A DNA stretch of 64,000 nt from Octopus sinensis (Eukaryota), in the NCBI RefSeq assembly GCF_006345805.1, contig NC_043004.1, positions 10,602,001 to 10,666,000 on the forward strand, given 5' to 3'. The position numbers and the translations under genes are program-made. This document shows, one piece after another, positions 1 through 12,896 of this stretch. Within the stretch, counting starts at the first letter, position 1. Each line of letters opens with the position of its first letter. Under the pieces are notes generated by a model that worked only from the letters and a program-made list of their open reading frames with translations, ran no database searches and had not been told where the DNA came from.

Positions 1-150
1 TTCTTTTCTACTCTAGGCACAAGGCCCGAAATTTTTGGGGAGGAGGCCAGTCGATTAGATCGACCCCAATGCGCAAATGGTAGTTAATTTATCGATCCCG
101 AAAGGATGAAAAGCAAAGACGACCTTGGCGGAATTTAAGCTCAGAACATG
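1..150 (-). mobile_element. Nin/Deu-domain-like tRNA-SINE, partial (3' part)
   Basis: Reverse complement reads ...ccgccaaggtcgtctttgcttttcatcctttcgggatcgataaattaactacc..., the core shared with copies at 24.6, 27.2 and 31.0 kb. Family name is from recalled knowledge of the Nin/Deu SINE core. Confidence 0.65.
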
Positions 151-815
151 AAGAGTGTGTTGGAAATACGGATTGTTGGTTCGTTGCGTTTTTGTTACTG
201 CCGCTGTATCTATTTCGTATAACACTGTTACTGTGTATTCTTTACCTATCGTCGACAATATCAACCTTACTACGATAATGGAGGCGTAAGGATATAACAA
301 ATATGGTGGCTGTATGAATGCTTTCTAAACTCTATCGGTTCTGCTGGTGGCTGTAGTGACGCTTTGTTGGGGACGTTGTTCTAAGTCTCTGATAATGCTG
401 CTGTTTAGTATACAATCCATGCATTCCCGTTGGTGAGAGCCCCGTTAACATTTTCAACAATGTGCATATATGACATCAGTGAGTAATATGACTTTTTTCT
501 AAAAACAACACGCTGACAGCTTGGCTACGATTTCTAGCAGTGTTGTCCACGTTGGTGGCTTTTTACATACTTGGTAGGGATACTTTTGATATCTCTTCAG
601 TGCTGTTGATATATTGTGGGCTGCGTTGCTGAATGGATAATGTAGTTGCTTCTGAACCAACAGGTTGCAGTGTGACACAATAGCGCGGAACCTTCAATAG
701 ATGTCTTCAAATGGATGTCTCGGTTTGATCTAACTTTGGTGTTGTTGGATTTGAAGGAAAACTTGCGGAAAGTGCACCAGATGGACTTTACTTGTAATTC
801 GAATGTGCAGTCTTG

Positions 816-851
<36 letters not shown>

Positions 852-1048
852 GGTACATACACCTCGAGCACAGAGAGTTCATGAAGTATCTGTCGAAAGT
901 TTATGACTGCGAAATATACAGCCACTTACAACGTAATACAATGATTAGTTAACTCCGTTGATCGAACAGCTCGAACACTTCATCTTCAAAATCAACACAA
1001 GAGCCACCAAGAGCCATTAATGTTGGTACATATTGCTAGTAGCTATAT

Positions 1049-1049
1049 C

Positions 1050-1087
<38 letters not shown>

Positions 1088-1143
1088 TAGTAGTAGTAGT
1101 AGTGGTGGTGGTGGTGGTGGTATTAGTAGTAGTAGTAGTAGTA
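1049..1143. repeat. (GTA)n/(GTG)n trinucleotide microsatellite
   Basis: Direct inspection; produces the poly-Val ORF 1033..1227. Confidence 0.95.
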
Positions 1144-1764
1144 AAAACACTGTTGCTGACGTTGATATCTCGTTGGTTCCACTGGCGTCTATCTAATTGT
1201 GGCGTTGATGACGCTGTCTCTATTTGAGACGAGCGGTTTTTAAGTTTTATTGCTTCAGGTTCTTACCAAGATTTCCCAGTTCGCTACTTACATGGAATGG
1301 TTGGCCATTGAATAGTAGGAAGTCTCTCTTTTAGAATATGGGCGATGCTGCAGCCATTTATGCCATTCTATAGCATCATCTCTCACTTTCCTCTATATTT
1401 AATCAAGTCGTTCCGTCGACCTTCTATTATAATTTCACTCTTCTCCACTTGCATACTTCTCCACTCCTCTCCTTCAGTTTTCTTTCTATTTTTAAAAACT
1501 TTTTATTCATATTTTTATTTGTTTGTTTCTTTCCTTCTGTGACACAGGCACACATACACACCACATACGCACTCACACGAAGCAAAGTCAGACACGCACG
1601 CACGCACACATACACCATCTCTCTCTCTCTCTCTCCCTCTCTTCTCTCTATGTCTCTACATCTCTTTTCTGTATTTCTGTATTTCATTCTTCATTCTATT
1701 CCACTAAAAGTACTCATTCAAATATCGCATTATCATAATCTTATTTTCTTTTCTTTCATGCACT

Positions 1765-1786
1765 ACCTACCTACCTGCCTATCAAC

Positions 1787-1885
<99 letters not shown>

Positions 1886-1897
1886 CCTACCTACCTA

Positions 1898-1953
<56 letters not shown>

Positions 1954-1955
1954 AT
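1765..1955. repeat. (ATCT)n/(ACCT)n microsatellite
   Basis: Direct inspection; source of the YLSI-repeat ORF. Confidence 0.95.
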
Positions 1956-2968
1956 GTCTATGTGTCTGTCTGTCTATCTGTCTGTCTGTCTGCCTACCTG
2001 CCTGCCTGTCTGTCTGGTCTGTCTGTTTGTCAGTTCATCTGTTAGTTTCTAAGAAACAATAACTTAAAAGTCATCATCGTAATCTCTTCTTTAGATTGCT
2101 TTAGCCATCTCCACGAAAGCCATATTGGAACTCAAATTTCACAGTTGAATATTTTAAGATTTCTTTCTCTGAAAATATAATACTTTCGTCTGCCATTATT
2201 TTTGTGCGTGTTTTACAGTGTACGTAAGCGGTTTTATTGACGAGCTAACGAATTGGTGGAGGCTATTCCGCAGTGGAGGCTATTCCGTGTATATTGTATC
2301 GTTATGTGGCTGGTAAGCAAGCTACTACCATACAGACACCTCCTGTGTGTATATATATATACGACGGGCTTCTTTTAGTTTCCTTTACTAAATCCACTCA
2401 CAAGGCTTTGGTCGGTTGGTCAGCCCGAGGCTATAGTAGAAGATACTTGCCCAATACTGCTACAGTCACTGATAATTATATATATATATAAGTCTCTGTG
2501 TGTGTGTATGTATATGTGTGTATGTTTGAGCGTATTCGTTTTTTACGTTTGTGTACTATCATTACTTGATAACAGATTTTTGTTAATCTTGACATAGCAG
2601 CATTTTGGCAAAAAAAGAAATTGCGACAGAATAGGTATACCTCGCTTAAACAGAAGTAGTGGTGTCGACGTTTTCGATGAAAATCTTAAGGCTGGCGCCC
2701 CAACAGCGAAGTAAGAGATATACACCGATGGTTTAATGTTTCTCTCGAGAAAAAGATATATATATATATAGGATATTGAATCTCTCCACCTGTAAGAAAA
2801 TATTCGATAAGGTACCTCAATGTATGTTGTCCTGACTAAGAATGGCGTCAAAGAGAAGATGGCTTATATTCTTATCATATAGAGTACGAAGCCTAAAAAT
2901 AAATCTAGGAGGAGTATATGGCTGCCGTCCACTTTCACTTTGAATGTTAAGAAAAATATAGAAAATAC

Positions 2969-3415
2969 CCTTTTTTGATAGATACTCATTTCCTGAATAG
3001 CGATAGTTATAAAAAAATATTTAAGAGACGTTCAATGAAAGTTTCTTACGGCTACTTCTCCAACATGAAAAGGTTATTGCATGTGAGTGAGTCACACGAG
3101 GCACCTAATCCAAAATGTAACTGCGAGACCTATATAGTTGCCCACTCGATGATGCATGCATGGTTTCTTCAGCGGTATAGGAAACAGACATCAGCACTTC
3201 TACAAAATATTGAAACTCGAAAAGAAAACGCATATCAGACTGTGTGAAATTAGCTTTAAAAATAAATGCTAAATACCAGTCTTCCTTCTGGTATGCAGGC
3301 AAGAAGAAACCCACAAAATAAGTTAACCATATCTGGGATCTGAAAATTGCTCCACACGATCAAGAGTATCATTGTAGGGCGAACAACGGTCATACATTGA
3401 GGGTTAAGTATGTGA
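2969..3415 (+). mobile_element. Degenerate Penelope-like element: linker plus GIY-YIG endonuclease fragment
   Basis: Translation IDTHFLNSDSYKKIFKRRSMKVSYGYFSNMK...CNC, then (frameshifted) CPLDDACMVSS...NHIWDLK. This matches the Penelope pattern LIDKHFP..KIFNRNTVKVSYSCMPN..CNC..CPL.G.C..YIW.LK. Contains stops and frameshifts. Confidence 0.75.
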
Positions 3416-4550
3416 AAGCTTTGTATTGTTGAAAGAACTAATAGAGTTTGTTAAAATATAAGAAATAGACTGACTTACTGAATACTAGATCTGAAATGTT
3501 CACTAAATGAAGGTATCTCAACAAGTTTATATTATCAATTGGTGAACACCCTTCTCAGGATTAGACATACAGTCTCAGAAGCTTTACCCTTTCCCAGTCA
3601 AATCAACCACAACAACCATTGTTGATTTTCACTTTGGAGGACCAAAGAACACAATTTTTATGACCCTTCCATCCATGCTAATTCCCTTCTGCCATTTATT
3701 CATTTATAATTTTTCTCTAGTATTTATTCTCGATGTTTTCTTTTTCTTCTTTCTCAGAGACCAGGAATGTTATATTTTGAGCCTCGAAAATTGTAATATG
3801 GTACTAGGGATGCAATACAAGATCGCCTTAATTATTGTTCTATCAGAGCATGAAGCTTATAGTAGCTCATATGTAAATATTGAGCATATGAAATAATATA
3901 CATGTGTATGCATATATGTATAATTCTCTCCTCTCTCTCTTTTAATATATATAATTCACTCTCTCTCTCTCTCTCCCTATATATATATATACATATGTAT
4001 ACATATGTATACAGACATGAATGCATGTTTAAGTGTGTGTCTATATACACACACGCACACAAACACAGACACGCACGCACACACACATACACACACACAT
4101 ATATATATATATATATACATGCACACACGTACATACATATATGCATATCTAAGCGTCAATGATGTAAAGGGGGAAAACAGTGTGGTCAATGTCATGAATT
4201 CGTAAAAACAAAGACAAGGAAAAGTAAAAACTAAATTCTGGAATTGATATATCCTTGATTTACTCAAGGAGCCTTCACTTCGGAGGATAGGAAACAAATA
4301 CCTCGTGGCAATAGCAGCTCACTCAAATGAGAAAGGTATATAATCTCAAGGGATCAACGATTCTACTGAAGTATCATGTCATTATAGTAGTTTGATTTTT
4401 TCTGGAGACGAAGAAAACAGATACACACATGCACCTCCGCACACGCACACGCACACACATACAGACACAGACACACATACACACACACAGGTATATATAT
4501 ATATGTATATATGTGTTCCTTATTCGAGGTTGTGTATACATACTCTACTC

Positions 4551-4756
4551 TCTCTTTTACTCTTTTACTTGCTTCAGTCATTTGACTGTGGCCATGTTGG
4601 AGCACCGCCTTTAGTGGAGCAAATCAACCTCAGGACTTATTCTTTGTAAGCCTAGTACTTATCCTATCGCTCCTTTTGCTGAACCGCTAAATTACGGGGA
4701 CGTAAACATACCAGCATCGGTTGTCAAGCGATGTTGGGGGGGACATAGACACACAA

Positions 4757-4787
<31 letters not shown>

Positions 4788-4945
4788 CTACGGGCTTCTT
4801 TCAGTTTCCGTCTACCAAATCCACTCACAAGGCTTTGGTCGGTCCGAGGCTATAGTAGAAGACACTTGCCCAAGGTAACACACAGTGGAACTGAACCGGG
4901 AACTATGTGGTCTGTAAGCAAGCTACTTACCACTCAGCCACTCCT
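4551..4945 (-). mobile_element. Bipartite tRNA/CORE-like SINE (about 400 bp) with central (CA)n(TA)n
   Basis: Head at the right end (revcomp ...ggagtggctgagtggtaagtagc...ggttcagttcc), CORE-like ccttgggcaagtgtcttctactatagcc, and tail gtaaaagagtaaaagag. Near-identical copies at 9.1, 16.5, 26.2/27.0, 40.8 and 55.6 kb. Confidence 0.9.
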
Positions 4946-6038
4946 ATTTTTGTGTATACATATAGATGTGTATGCATGTAAATATATAAAAGTATATACA
5001 TATAAAACATACATATATGTATATACATACGTACACATAAAAGGCGTGTATACACATTCTGTATGGGTATGATTTCCATTTTCATCGTTTTCCATTGCCG
5101 AGATGAGTAACGATTCATATTTTAATTAATTAATTACGGATGTAATTACGTAATTGCGCTTTCATATGTGTGAATATGTACACCTGGGAGCTGTCTGACA
5201 CCTCCTCACCCTCCCTCTTTCTCTCTCGCCTCAGCCCTTTCCCCTTATTGCATTCTTTGATAATTTTATGGTTCAAAACTATTGCTGAGAATTTTTTTTT
5301 GTCTCTGTTTATCTCATGACAGCCCTTAGCTATGAGACAATTAATCATAGGTTTTCTGGCGTCTGATTAAGGAGAACTTTATCAAATAACTCCCTATATT
5401 TTTCAAGATAGTATTCTTTGATCCACGTGTAGTTGCTATTTCGTGTATTTTGAAAGGAGCATTACAGTTCTTTTCGTGTTCATTTTTATTTTATTATAAT
5501 ATTTAGAGTTTTCCATTATTCTTTCTTCGTAGGGTTTAACAGTTCAAATTTCCAATTACATTTATTTTAAACAGATTTTTGTTTCATAGTTACTTTTAAG
5601 TTAGTTATTGGAGGCAAATATTTTCTCTATCATTTTGAGACGTACACGATTTTAAATGAGATTATATGGAGAAATTTTCGCAAGAAAATTTAACAAATAA
5701 ATTATATAAAGAGTAGAAAAAGAAAACAACTTGTTGAGCTGAGAGATTAATACGGATCTTTTATCTTTAATTCATAGCAGTCTAGTCCATTTATTAAATT
5801 TTTTGTTCTTTTGTCTTCTTCCTAACCATATAATACTATTTAAATCAAGTTTATCGCTAGTGACGTATTTGAAAATAAATGTTGGTCAAAATATTTATAA
5901 AGCAGCAACATGTTGGTATACGAGAGAGTGCTGAAAAGTTCCTGTCTTTAAGGATATCACGAAATGGTAGAGCTGTTAGCTTTACAGGGTAGATAGAACA
6001 ATTATTTAGGTTGTTATATATATATATATATATATATA

Positions 6039-6435
6039 TCTTTATATATAAAAGTCAAGTTGTGTGTCTGTCTCCTACGATTTAGATTCCTAACTACTCC
6101 CACATTTTGCAGTGCAGTTTAACCAAAACCGGGTATCTTATAGTCGTGATTCATATCGAGCCCTTCTGGGTATTAGCGCGCATGTACGATGAGTCTACGA
6201 TTTAAAAAAAAATTACCATAATTTTTCCGTATTTTTAATGCATTTTCGCTCGGTTTATATAAGGGAAGTAACTCTCTAAAAATGTATTATTAAATCTCAG
6301 AACGTAAAAAGCTACAGTAACACCCCCCCCTTTGTGGTTAGCCATATTGAGATGGGTATTATACTTTACATCTCTAAAAATGCTTATATAGTTATTTCCC
6401 TTACAAACCCGAGCAACGCCGGGTGATACTGCTAG
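6039..6435 (+). mobile_element. Non-autonomous Helitron
   Basis: Begins TC after A (atc tttatatataaaag). Ends with hairpin cccgagcaacgccggg followed 8 nt later by CTAG|T: canonical Helitron termini and A|T insertion site. Confidence 0.8.
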
Positions 6436-6574
6436 TATATATATATATAAAACCAGTACTTAATACAACAAAGCTCATACAAAGCTTTACATTTTACTTT
6501 TGACAATCTTTTTATAAAAAGTGAAACCGGTCAAGTGAATAAACATCTTTAAAATTGCCTTTTCAAACCTTCTT

Positions 6575-6621
<47 letters not shown>

Positions 6622-6724
6622 CACACACATTTATACCCACATGTATATATATATATATATATATATATACATACATATATAGAAAGAATACACACATACA
6701 TATACACACACATATGAATTTAGA

Positions 6725-7200
6725 AGCATAATAAATGCACAAACGGGAAACAGACACAGAAGGTCACCAACACCTCAACAGTTATCGGTCAGAGGATCAA
6801 ATACAATTCTGCGCCTTAACGATAATAGTAAATCCCCATCTGGCGGCGCAGACAGCGAAAACACCGCCAGGAATTGGTGAATCAAAAAACAAGATAGAAA
6901 CCAGGCAAGAAAGGAATGAACAACTATGCTTTATAGAAAGTCAGCATACAAATGTAGAATAAATATAAGTCAAGACGAAACATTTACAGGACGGACGAGA
7001 GACATGAACCAAAGCAAACAAAAAGACTGTGGGCATACGAAACAACTGAAATAAATAAGCAAGCAAAAGACCTTAGGGCCAGACAGGGTATGAAGTAGTC
7101 AACGCCGGGAGAATTTGATGAGACACCGAAAGGTGAACCAAGTGTGAGACGAGAGAAAAGGCGACCGCTTATTCAGGCTACTGGCGTTAAAAGGAAAGAA
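6725..7200 (-). mobile_element. Probable Penelope-like 3' end/terminal repeat, degenerate
   Basis: 6725-6830 is homologous to 42750-42850 (aaatgcacaaacg..acagaaggtcaccaa..agttatcggtcag). Minus-strand RLFSRLTLGSPFGVSSNSP loosely resembles PLE endonuclease C-termini. Confidence 0.4.
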
Positions 7201-8133
7201 ATAAGATGACCACGCCCGCACACACACACGCGCACACATACACAGATGTATATATCTACGTTTGTATTTGTGTATGTTGCATGTATGTATATATGTATTG
7301 CGTGAGGTCTATTCAGTTTCCTTTCAGTAGAATTCCAGCGTATTTCTAACTGGCAAGTCTTCTTTGAGAGATTTGTGAATACGTCTGTGTAGATACATGT
7401 GGTCTATGTTCTTCGTATGTATATGCGTATGGCCATGAATGTGTATGTGTGTGCATGTGTGTGCGGTGCGTGCGTGCATGTGTGCGTGTGTGTGTGTGTA
7501 TGCGGTTATGTATATATGAGCGAATGTACTCGCATTCATGTCCAAGTGCAGACATATTTCTTTAGAAAACGATCGTGTTCTTTTTTTTTCATTTTATTTA
7601 CTTTTGTATGAATGTGTGTATGTAAAAATGTATATGTGTATACATGTACCTATGAAATTATGCCGTGTGTATATCTATGACGGTATGTATACATTCCGTC
7701 TAGGAGATTCAGGTGAAGAATATATTAAATGTGTAACTTTTTTCACTGACTCACAAATTGATTGGATTCGGTGGATCTTTGGTACTGTACAGTTACTTAC
7801 TATTCACTAGGTAATAATAATTGCTACTAATTTATTACAGTTATAGTATCCGAACACTGTCTGCTTCTGTATGACTATGAACGGCTTTCTGCAAACTAAT
7901 TCATTAATCTAGACTAGTTCCACGTTGCTTTTTAGGTTGAAGGTATAAATGTCCAACTGCTGCGTCAGACATGACAACTGGAAGAATATAATGTGGTTAG
8001 TAACAGGTAAATAGGTGTTTCACAAGTTGTGCATTCTGATGATTCACTGATTCTTGTTACAAAGATACTCATTGTTCTGTCAAACTGATTTCGTAATAAA
8101 ATATTCACATTTTCTATATTACCTGCTGTTCAC

Positions 8134-8139
8134 TTTATT
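8134..8139 (-). promoter_or_regulatory. Candidate polyadenylation signal AATAAA of the minus-strand gene
   Basis: tttatt on +, about 160 nt downstream of the predicted stop at 8298. Confidence 0.35.
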
Positions 8140-8297
8140 TCGTATCGCCATTTTCTATATTGTCGTTCTCATATTGTTCTCATTATTTTGGTACGATCTA
8201 TGTGAATCTTTTCAAACTCATTGCATTTCTCATAAACATCAAATCTCCATTTAACCCTTCTTTAAACCCTCTCCTTCTAGTTGTTGAGATCGAACAT

Positions 8298-8391
8298 TCA
8301 TGCGCTTGGATTATTCCTCAACGAAGACTCTATACGCCTATTTGTTTCATGAGATGGTTGCATACAATTGGTTAGTTCTCCATTAAAAAAT
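8298..8391 (-). CDS. Predicted terminal coding exon of an unidentified minus-strand gene: (K)FFNGELTNCMQPSHETNRRIESSLRNNPSA*
   Basis: Acceptor catttctaaaacag|A; phase-2 start matches the phase-2 end of exon 8731-8863; TGA at 8300-8298. Confidence 0.5.
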
Positions 8392-8730
8392 CTGTTTTAG
8401 AAATGTTGAAATCATTTCAAGTCAACCATATTAACTCGATGACCTACCGATTTGATTGTACTTGCTTCGATGCTTACTGACTAACCATTTCCGACACAAT
8501 AAGATCTGCTGCACGGTTTACACGTACTTGGTATTTGGAAAACGCAGCGTAAACAAATCAGGTAAAAAAAAAAACATATTTTAAGAACGTTCAGATGTCA
8601 ATTGTATAGTGACCATATTTCGAAAGAATTGTATAGTGACCATGTTTCAAATCGATACAAATATAACAATTGGTGGTGGTGGGAAGAATTAGTTGAACAA
8701 CAGACAACAAATCTTGAAGCATTTGTTTAC

Positions 8731-8863
8731 TTTTCAAACGCTGACCAGATAGAGTTAATCTTTCGTTTATCCTGTGTGGACAAAATATTTACTAAACTGA
8801 AAGTAGTGGAGTCGATAGTATACACTAACGCGTTGAAAAGAGTGTCACAGAATCGCCACAGTT
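8731..8863 (-). CDS. Predicted internal exon: (Q)LWRFCDTLFNALVYTIDSTTFSLVNILSTQDKRKINSIWSAFE(K)
   Basis: Strong acceptor cctttattcctttactgacttccctcatag|; donor AA|gtaaac with an in-frame stop right after it. The + strand ORF 8602..8916 is its antisense shadow. Confidence 0.65.
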
Positions 8864-9062
8864 CTATGAGGGAAGTCAGTAAAGGAATAAAGGAAAGAAT
8901 TATAATTATACATTAACATGTTGGATGATGATCTTTAGAATATTTAGGGACGGATTTTTCAAAATGGTTCTACGTGTTTTACTCCAGCATATTTTACTGC
9001 ATCTAAATACACCATCGTAATAAATAGTTTGACAAATATCTTCACAGATTTTAATCTATTAT

Positions 9063-9440
9063 AGGCTCAGGAGTGGGTGTGTGGTAAGTAGCTTGCTTAT
9101 CGACCACATGGCTCCGGGTTCAGTCCCACTGCGTGATACCTTGAGCGAGTGTCTTCTACTATAGCATCGAGCCGACCAAAGCCTTGTGATTGGTAGACGG
9201 AAACTGAAAAAAGCCCGTCCTATATATATGTTTGTGTGTCTGTGTTTGTCCCCCCGACATCTCTTGACAACCGATGCTGGTGTGTGTACGTCCTCGTAAG
9301 TTAGCAGTTCGGCAAGGGAGAACGATAGAATAAATACTAGGCTTACAAAGAATAAGTCTTGGGGTCGATTTGTTCGACTAAAAGCGCTGCTCCCGCATGT
9401 CTGCAGTCGATTGCGGCAAATAAATGAATAAAAAAAAATA
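9063..9440 (+). mobile_element. Bipartite tRNA/CORE-like SINE
   Basis: ggctcaggagtgggtgtgtggtaagtagc...gggttcagtccc...ccttgagcgagtgtcttctactatagc...; same family as 4551-4945, opposite orientation. Confidence 0.9.
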
Positions 9441-9658
9441 AAAGAATATTTAACAGGGCATATATATCGTAACTGTTGGAATTTCAGTGTGATGGTAACT
9501 TTCGAAAAACTATGTTGGAGCGAAATGGCTACATAATATCCCAATTTTACACTGGCATTCTCACACCCACACGTATATATGGATAGTTACACAGACACAC
9601 ATACACGTATACCATATATATATACATACATAGGTGCATGCACACACACACCAGAAAT

Positions 9659-9696
<38 letters not shown>

Positions 9697-9763
9697 CAAG
9701 TGAAGACTACTTGCCAAGGACTTACTGAATGTTTCTCTTCAAGATATTTAGAAATAATTTTTC

Positions 9764-9865
<102 letters not shown>

Positions 9866-10427
9866 TATATATATAATGTATACAAGCATATATACCTATA
9901 TAAACACACACATACATAAACACACACTCGCATCTCATATGAATGTATACAAACTCCCCCCACATATATAGATAATTACAGACACACATACACATGTATA
10001 TACATATATTTAGATGTATACATACATGCACACACAGCCATACACATACACACAACTACACGCTCGCATATAAATATGTGCGCGCGTGTGTTTATATGTA
10101 TATATATATATATATATGTATATATGAATATATCTATATGTATATATAAATATTTAAATGTATATAGATATCCATATATAGGCAGATAGATATAGATATA
10201 TGCATACATGCACACACATGTATATAAATGTGTGTGTATATATATATACGTATATATATATTTTTTTAATGTATATATAAATATAAATATATAGATATAG
10301 ATAGATATCCATATATAGGTAAATAGATATATACAAATATATGAATATATATATATATATATACATATGTATGTATATAAATGTGTGTATATCTATTGTG
10401 CATGTATATAGAAACATATACACGTAC

Positions 10428-10575
10428 GAAATTCTCTCAATAAATATGCATTATAATTGCTCACAATGGTTCCGCGTCTCCACATAAGCTTTATAATATT
10501 GTTGGCAAACTTCTCCCAAGGGAGACCACTGTTTTGCCGAAAGTTTTCAATGATTAGAGCATTCAACAGAAACAT
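10428..10575 (-). CDS. Predicted internal exon: [49 protein letters not shown]
   Basis: Acceptor cttctctccagtatttag|ATG; only this frame is open. Donor C|gtacgt (phase 1) joins exon 8863 in frame. An alternative donor ATT|gtgagc exists at 10465. Confidence 0.65.
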
Positions 10576-10658
10576 CTAAATACTGGAGAGAAGTTATTGT
10601 TAATGTGGTTTCCACCGTAACAATAATTTTTGATGGGGTATTTTTAGTGTTAGTTAAC

Positions 10659-10727
10659 CTGTCGGAATCGGCATGAAAACTGACCATTATTTACAAGAGG
10701 AATTAGCATAGGGAGATTACATGACAG
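10659..10727 (-). CDS. Predicted internal exon: [23 protein letters not shown]
   Basis: Branch-point TACTAAC at 10773-10767, acceptor gtgtacag|, donor CAG|gttaac. Phase 0-0; 83-nt intron to exon 10575. Confidence 0.5.
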
Positions 10728-10930
10728 CTGTACACTTGCATGTTGTCGAAGATAAAAGTCGTTCAAGTTAGTAATGGAGATGTTAGATCGGAGATATAAT
10801 TTGTATACACTCAGCGTTCTTGTTGAATTGATCAATACATATTCTTCTACATGCCAATGCATATACATACATGTATATGTACGTATATATATATATATAT
10901 ATATATATACATACACACAATATATACAGG

Positions 10931-10961
<31 letters not shown>

Positions 10962-11958
10962 GTACATATCTATATACATATATATGTATATATATATATG
11001 TATGCTTGTTAAATATATACATATACATATATGTATATATAATTACATATATCCACACACACACTCACGTACATATATACTATACTGACAGATTAATGTA
11101 TAAGTATGCTTGTGTTGCTATACGTACACATATTTATATACGAATGCGTGTATACACGCCTATGCATATGTATGTATTTATATGTATGTACGTATGTATA
11201 TATATGAATATATATATATACATATACGTTTGTGTGCGTGTGTGTCTATATATGACGACGTACGTACTGACTGACATACACACACATATAGATCATATCA
11301 GGTGGCCCTGAGTATGTCTGGTGACATGTAATCTGTAGAGCCTGTTACATAGTCAATACATCAGTGTCTAATATACAACGTTCATATATCCCGCCTGATG
11401 AAAGGCGCTCCTAGAAACGCATGAGCCATATGTAATACCTATCAAAAGATGAACACAAAACAAAGATGATGAAATTAGTGGTAAGATGACAAATTCAGTT
11501 TGATTAAAGAATGCTCTCTATCATGGAAATTTTAGTGTCAACGATGTTGAAATCTCGTCTATGGCAATTAGGGTGTAGGTCGTCACATGGCTATTACGTT
11601 TCTGTCTTGAGTTTTCTGGCTTTTGTTTTCGATTAGTTGTAAGTCATATTAGACTGGCGTCGTCAAGGATGGTTTCAATGTTGATGTGAACTTCGATGAT
11701 AAGAGAGAAGGGCATCAATGTGCTAGGTTTTTGCATGTCGGTTATTAGCTGTATTATGCCATTCTGTATTTGGCATGTGCTACATTGTAAGTCGGTTCGG
11801 TTTATATACAGAGCAGTAATAAAACTTAGAGGGTGTGCGGTATAGGCCCTGCTCAAATTTACGCAATTATTTAAAATAAAAGTTCTTTCTGCAGCATTTT
11901 CAGTGATATGCACCGACTACAGTACCTATAAACAGGACATATGCTGTAACCAACTTAA

Positions 11959-12070
11959 GTATGTATGTATGTATGTATGTATGTATGTATGTATGTATGT
12001 ATGTATGTATGTATGTATGTATGTATGTATGTATGTATGTATGTATGCATGTATGTATGTATGTATGTAT
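11959..12070. repeat. (ATGT)n microsatellite
   Basis: Direct inspection. Confidence 0.95.
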
Positions 12071-12194
12071 GTCATTATTCAGTTTATTTCAAGATTTCTT
12101 GCCGATAAAGAAAGAACCAGTTTCTAACCAAGATCCAAGGAATTTCAACATCAATAGGGTATGTATGTATGTATGTAAGCATGCATGCATATAT

Positions 12195-12668
12195 GACATA
12201 CAGCATCTCGAAAGAGTCCAGAAGCTGGCTACCCGCATGGTTCATGGTCTCAAAAATTTGTCCTACGAAGAAAGGCTGAGGACGCTCGACCTTTATTCTC
12301 TTGAAAAACGCCGCCGCCGTGGTGATCTCATTCTCGCCCACAACATTATAAGCGGAAAGTGTAACCTCTCGAAAGAGCTGTTCTTCACTCCTGCTCCAGA
12401 GCGTCGGCTGCGGGGTCATTTCCGAAAAGCTCTACCTGCGACGATTTCATCTCAATCGAAGGAGAGGAGCTTTCTCCGTCCGGGTTGCGGATCCGTGGAA
12501 CAAGCTGCCAGACGAGATGGTGAAGATGCCGACGACCGCTTTGTTCAAAGCCTCCCTGGACATCAAGTGGCCTGAACTCTTTACATGAACACCACCCTGT
12601 ACTTAACTCCATGTCCCCCTACATGGCTTTGCTATTTGCTTTTGAGCCAAATTAACTAACTAACTAAC
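12195..12668 (+). mobile_element. 5'-truncated CR1-type LINE 3' end
   Basis: DIQHLERVQKLATRMVHGLKNLSYEERLRTLDLYSLEKRRRRGDLILAH...RRLRGH, then after one extra T near 12420 SEKLYLRRFHLNRRRGAFSVRVADPWNKLP. Classic CR1 RT C-terminus, 3' UTR and (TAAC)n tail. Confidence 0.9.
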
Positions 12669-12724
12669 ATGTTCTGCATCTGTCTACCTCTGTATGTCTG
12701 TACGTGTTTATCTATCTATCTATC

Positions 12725-12803
<79 letters not shown>

Positions 12804-12861
12804 ACACATACATGCACGCATGCACACATAAATATGCATGCATATATATATATGTGTATTC

Positions 12862-12896
<35 letters not shown>

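Noticed and set aside
7710-8561. Plus-strand exon pair giving GDSGEEYIKCVTFF...WIFDLLHGLHVLGIWK
   Set aside because: Weak first donor, no continuing chain, and it overlaps the terminal exon and 3' UTR of the better-supported minus-strand gene. Such short matches are expected by chance.
8602-8916. 104-aa plus-strand ORF
   Set aside because: Best explained as the antisense shadow of minus-strand exon 8731-8863, which has much better splice signals.
11644-11913. 89-aa minus-strand ORF as an exon
   Set aside because: No usable donor and no phase fit with neighbouring exons; possibly old retroelement sequence.
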